From positions 1-18,687 of the forward strand of contig JANNVX010000044.1 in assembly GCA_031414595.1 (NCBI GenBank): DNA of 18,687 nt. The letters are read 5' to 3'. The translations under genes and the position numbers were made by a program. Of the stretch, positions 15,340-18,687 are shown one piece after another. The notes under the pieces are model-generated. The model made no database searches and was not told where the DNA came from. It was given only the letters and a program-made list of their open reading frames with translations. Position 1 is the first letter of the stretch. Each line of letters starts with the position of its first letter. The DNA comes from Deinococcales bacterium (GTDB lineage Bacteria; Deinococcota; Deinococci; Deinococcales; JAAFIG01).

Positions 15340-16288
15340 AAGTGGGGTTGCTGCCCGTAAACGATAGCCCTGCCTTGCCTGTGATGCGGCTAATCGTGCT
15401 GGTTTCGCCTGTGCTGCTGTCTATCGCAAAAATAATCAGGTGGATGTTGTTTTGTGTGCTGCTTTCTTGGTTTCCAATGGCTTGGCTCGAGAGTTGAGTA
15501 GTGGATTCGATTTCGCTCAGGAATTGGTCTTGGAGTAACCAGAAGGTTTTGCCGCCCCAGCTTTCGGCACAGGCAGATTTGGCAAAGAGTTGAGTTGCCA
15601 TGCGTCCCCAGACTTGGCGTTTGTTAATGCTGGGTGTGCTGTGTGGCAAGCCTAGAATAGCTTTTTTGAAAGCACTGGAAATATCTGTGCCTTTACTTTT
15701 GTTTGAGCCAGAGGTGCTGGCAGTCATGACCTCAAGAATTGCAAATGGCTCGAGAGTGGGAACTAAAACCATATTATTTATGGCTCGAATTCGCAGTTGT
15801 CTTTGTAAATCTGGTTCATCTGGGAAAATGGTTTTGATTTCCTCGAGCGTTAGCTTTTGCACTGGCGAGATGACATAATCAAAGTGATAGTTAAAACTGC
15901 TGTCCTCGTCGCGCATATTGATGACGACTTCTGCCCAAATGCCAAGCGGCACATCTGGCAAGTTCATTTGTTCTATGGCGGCTTGTTCGTGTGGCAATAA
16001 GTTTTTTTGGTCGTCACGGACAGCAAATAATCGTCTTGGGCAAACCAACCATGTTTCATCTTCGGATTGAATCGAACAAATTCCGGGTATCACTTGCTTG
16101 AGGTTAGGAAAATAATTTTGTAAGGCTTGGCTTTCGTTTTGTAAGGCAATCGTGGTTTGGTAACGATTTCCACCACCATCACAAGCTGTGTTGCTAAAAG
16201 GACAGTGTGCCTCATGACGTAATCTTTTGGCTTCGGCGGATTGGTCATGCAGTGGTCTGCCGAAAAGTTCAAAGATTTGTTTGGGCAT
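15233..16288 (-). CDS. NotI-family type II restriction endonuclease
   Basis: IFELFG start; four Cys of the NotI metal-binding module (CPF...C, GICSI, VCPRR); FDYV and ILEVMT PD-(D/E)xK-like core; adjacent to a C5 MTase. Start revised to ATG 16288 (TAAACT 5 nt upstream). Confidence 0.78.
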   Translation of the reverse strand: MPKQIFELFGRPLHDQSAEAKRLRHEAHCPFSNTACDGGGNRYQTTIALQNESQALQNYFPNLKQVIPGICSIQSEDETWLVCPRRLFAVRDDQKNLLPHEQAAIEQMNLPDVPLGIWAEVVINMRDEDSSFNYHFDYVISPVQKLTLEEIKTIFPDEPDLQRQLRIRAINNMVLVPTLEPFAILEVMTASTSGSNKSKGTDISSAFKKAILGLPHSTPSINKRQVWGRMATQLFAKSACAESWGGKTFWLLQDQFLSEIESTTQLSSQAIGNQESSTQNNIHLIIFAIDSSTGETSTISRITGKAGLSFTGSNPTFTGILLPKKIPPKKELLKAMLRKAPLLEIQSKIEL

Positions 16289-16307
16289 AGACCAGTTTAC
16301 ATTTTTC

Positions 16308-16343
16308 CATGCCACCAAAACCTTTTTGCATTGGCTCGAGCAA
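16308..16343 (+). repeat. 36-bp direct repeat, copy upstream of the REase gene
   Basis: CATGCCACCAAAACCTTTTTGCATTGGCTCGAGCAA. Confidence 0.9.
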
Positions 16344-16402
16344 GCATATTCTCGAGAGCAAATTCTTTTTGTTCCCTTCTGCTTTAACTCGAGACGAAAG
16401 CC

Positions 16403-17032
16403 TTAAACCCCGCCCAGCAGTGGAATATCTAACCCTCTTGCCTCGAGTTGCCCACAAATCCAGCCGAGGGCATACCTGTCTTCAATAAAGTCTAGCTCGT
16501 CACCCGGAATGGTAATGACGGGTGAGAGGCTGTACTCCCGCATGAATTGGCTGTAGAGGTCGTTCAAACCCACCAAGTACGCTTCGGGGATGCGCTGCTC
16601 GTAATCTCGTCCACGTCCAGCAATTCGTTTTTGTAGGGTTTTCAGACTGCATTTAATGTAAACCGTTAAAGTCGGAACACGAAGCGCGGGGGCAATCCCA
16701 GCATATAAATTTTGGTAGGTCTGCCAATCGCGGTCATCAATATGCCCTTGTTGCCGCAAATTGGTAGCAAAAATCGCCGCATCTTCAAATACGGTTCGGT
16801 CTTGAATCACCCGTGAACCTGTGTTGACTTCGCGTAAGTGCTGCTCGAGTCGTTTGCCCAAAAAAAAGACTTGTGAATGAAAAGCAAAACGCTTCATGTC
16901 CAAGTAAAAATCCTCGAGATACGGGTTTTCGTCCACCGCTTCAAAAATTGGCGTGAGCGCATAGCGTTCTGCCAGTAATTTGGTCAGGCTCGATTTGCCA
17001 CTTCCGATGTTTCCAGCAATTGCAATGTACAT
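16403..17032 (-). CDS. Deoxynucleoside kinase (dCK/dAK/dGK family)
   Basis: P-loop GNIGSGKS, ENPYLEDFY, QDRTVFED, RIAGRGR.YE. Confidence 0.93.
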   Translation of the reverse strand: MYIAIAGNIGSGKSSLTKLLAERYALTPIFEAVDENPYLEDFYLDMKRFAFHSQVFFLGKRLEQHLREVNTGSRVIQDRTVFEDAAIFATNLRQQGHIDDRDWQTYQNLYAGIAPALRVPTLTVYIKCSLKTLQKRIAGRGRDYEQRIPEAYLVGLNDLYSQFMREYSLSPVITIPGDELDFIEDRYALGWICGQLEARGLDIPLLGGV

Positions 17033-17038
17033 ATAATT

Positions 17039-17635
17039 TTACCTGCCTAGTACCTTTCGTACCTGCTCGAGAACCCGTTGTTGGTCAAATAAATTCTCGA
17101 CATAATCGTACTCGAGGGCTTCCAAGGTCAGGACGTTTCCAGTGTAGGAACGAAAATAGGCTTCGTAATGGGTATTTAGGGTTTTTAAGTAATTGGGGTC
17201 TATGTTCTTCTCAAACTCGCGTCCGCGTTTGGCGATTCGCTCGAGCAGCAAGGGCGTTTCGGCTCTTAGGTAAATAATCAGGTCTGGGATTCGCAATTGC
17301 GGTTTTAAGTGGTTGTAGAGGTCTTTGTAAAGCTCAAACTCGGCATCGCGTAAGTTCATGCTGGCAAAGATAAAATCTTTGTCAAATAAATAATCGGAGA
17401 CCACGGCTGCATCAAACAGGCTTTGTTGGGCTAAGCTGGAGAGTTGCTTAAACCGACTGAGTAGAAAAAATGTTTGCACATTAAAAGAAAAACGCTCTGG
17501 GTTTTCGTAAAAAGCTGCCAGAAAAGGATTTTCTTCAACCACTTCAAGATTCAAAGCCGCCGCAAATTCAGCCGCCAAGATACGACATAGACTGGTCTTA
17601 CCGACACCAATTGCACCTTCAACAACAATGTACAC
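17039..17635 (-). CDS. Deoxynucleoside kinase (dGK-like paralog)
   Basis: P-loop GAIGVGKT, EENPFL..FY, SDYLFDKD, RIAKRGREFE. Confidence 0.93.
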   Translation of the reverse strand: MYIVVEGAIGVGKTSLCRILAAEFAAALNLEVVEENPFLAAFYENPERFSFNVQTFFLLSRFKQLSSLAQQSLFDAAVVSDYLFDKDFIFASMNLRDAEFELYKDLYNHLKPQLRIPDLIIYLRAETPLLLERIAKRGREFEKNIDPNYLKTLNTHYEAYFRSYTGNVLTLEALEYDYVENLFDQQRVLEQVRKVLGR

Positions 17636-17656
17636 AAATACCCTCGAGACAATTAC

Positions 17657-17683
17657 AAGGCGTGACTTTAACAGCCACGCCTC
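17657..17683 (-). terminator. Hairpin downstream of acpP (weak terminator/attenuator)
   Basis: Minus strand GAGGCGTGGCT-GTTAA-AGTCACGCCTT; poor U-tract. Confidence 0.55.
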
Positions 17684-17700
17684 TTGCAGACAAAATTTTT

Positions 17701-17937
17701 TTAACCTTGTTTTGAACTGATAAACGCAACTGCATCTTGGACAGTCCGAATTTTTTCAGCTTCGTCATCGGCAATGGTTAAACCGAATTTGTCTTCGAGA
17801 CCCATGATTAACTCGACTGTTTCAAGACTATCAGCCCCAAGGTCATCCACAAAAGATGCTTCAAGAACCACTTTATCAGCGTCAACAGAGAGTTTTTCAA
17901 CGATTACTTCTTTCACTTGAGCGAAAATATCAGCCAT
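17701..17937 (-). CDS. acpP: Acyl carrier protein
   Basis: 78 aa, acidic, with the [12 protein letters not shown] phosphopantetheine-Ser motif. Confidence 0.97.
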   Translation of the reverse strand: MADIFAQVKEVIVEKLSVDADKVVLEASFVDDLGADSLETVELIMGLEDKFGLTIADDEAEKIRTVQDAVAFISSKQG

Positions 17938-18054
17938 AAGAAAGCGACTTTACCATAAGAATATCAGGTTAGGGTAGATGGCAAACAGCAAAAGCCTCCA
18001 AAATGTGCTAAGGCGCTCTGCTCGAGAACGGTATCCAAATCTATTGTTTAAGTA

Positions 18055-18093
18055 TTGTAAAAAAAATGTCTATGAATTATGCTTCTAACAGGA
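18055..18093 (+). promoter_or_regulatory. Promoter with overlapping RDRM-like operator
   Basis: TTGTAA, 17 nt, TATGCT. The 17-mer TTATGCTTCTAACAGGA (18077-18093) resembles the Deinococcus DdrO-binding RDRM. Confidence 0.4.
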
Positions 18094-18101
18094 GAAATTC
18101 T

Positions 18102-18548
18102 ATGCCATACCCAGCCAAAGAATACGCCGAAGCCTTTATCAAACACCGCCTACCCTTGCTGGCATTACTCGAGAGAATCCCAGTTGAACACAGTGGCTTT
18201 GCAATTCGTGAAGGCGCACTGAGTCTGCTCGAGATGGTCAATCATTTGTACTTAACCGATGTCTATTTACTAAGCGTCCTGAGTGGCGAGAAGTTTGTAC
18301 CACCCGCACCAGCCCCAGACTTAAGCAGTGCTTTGGTTGCCTTTAAGGTCAGTACGCCAAAAGTTCAAGCCTTTTTAGAGAATTTAAGTCCAGACCAACT
18401 CAGCCAAGACATCAAAGCCTTTGGTCAAACTTGGAAGGCGTACCGTTTAATCGAATTTGGACGCGAACACGAAGCCCACCATAAAGGACAACTGTGGTTC
18501 ATGGCTCGAGCCATAGGAATAGAACCCCCAATGTTCTATCAGTTCTAG
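18102..18548 (+). CDS. DinB/YfiT-family four-helix metalloprotein
   Basis: His triad (VNHL...EHEAHHKGQL). Start revised to ATG 18102 after a GGAG Shine-Dalgarno. Confidence 0.88.
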   Translation: MPYPAKEYAEAFIKHRLPLLALLERIPVEHSGFAIREGALSLLEMVNHLYLTDVYLLSVLSGEKFVPPAPAPDLSSALVAFKVSTPKVQAFLENLSPDQLSQDIKAFGQTWKAYRLIEFGREHEAHHKGQLWFMARAIGIEPPMFYQF

Positions 18549-18604
18549 GATTTGTCCGTAAATAACTTCCCTATTTGGAAATGATGAAACATTGTTTCCT
18601 AGCA

Positions 18605-18630
18605 GGACAGACACAGGGGTCTGTCCCTAC
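18605..18630 (-). repeat. GTAG-type REP element
   Basis: Minus strand GTAGGGACAGAC-CCCTGT-GTCTGTCC: a GTAG tetranucleotide followed by an imperfect hairpin. Confidence 0.8.
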
Positions 18631-18652
18631 AAAATCCATAAAAATACGTCAG

Positions 18653-18678
18653 GTAGGGGCGGACCCCCGTGTCCGCCC
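18653..18678 (+). repeat. GTAG-type REP element, inverted relative to the previous one
   Basis: GTAG-GGGCGGAC-CCCCGT-GTCCGCCC. Confidence 0.8.
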
Positions 18679-18687
18679 TGTGACCAA

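Noticed and set aside
14182-16288. This R-M pair as the cause of CTCGAG enrichment
   Set aside because: Restriction targets are normally depleted rather than enriched, known CTCGAG systems such as XhoI and PaeR7I use adenine MTases, and characterised NotI-family sites are GC-only.
18004-18026. TGTGCTAA-N8-GCTCGAG as a fourth copy of the 52-bp repeat
   Set aside because: The spacing is the same, but only 8 bp match beyond the ubiquitous HIP hexamer and its preceding G, and the upstream half does not align.

Overview
Bacterial chromosomal window of about 45% GC. It most likely comes from a Deinococcota (Deinococcales-like) organism; this is an inference from pervasive leaderless -10 promoters, Deinococcus-style permease, secreted and DinB proteins, and an RDRM-like box. 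From left to right: the end of an IS630-family element that has removed the start of a DUF4276/TOPRIM-like gene; a RelE-domain UvrD helicase; two lipoproteins, a secreted protein and a di-heme cytochrome c peroxidase/MauG-like gene; then a minus-strand housekeeping run (thioesterase, two nucleoside ABC permeases, two deoxynucleoside kinases, acpP). That run is interrupted by a ~5.3 kb accessory island (~11.1-16.4 kb) holding an eroded antitoxin, two RelE/HTH toxin-antitoxin pairs, an AT-rich membrane protein gene, a C5 DNA methyltransferase and a NotI-family endonuclease. A DinB-family gene and a pair of GTAG-type REPs close the window. Three signals stand out. (1) CTCGAG occurs about 97 times by hand count against about 4 expected, like a highly iterated palindrome (HIP). 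(2) Three copies of a ~52-bp direct repeat separate the island modules like cassette boundaries, and all end exactly at CTCGAG. (3) I found no GGCC anywhere and few GATC. All counts are by eye and need computational confirmation.
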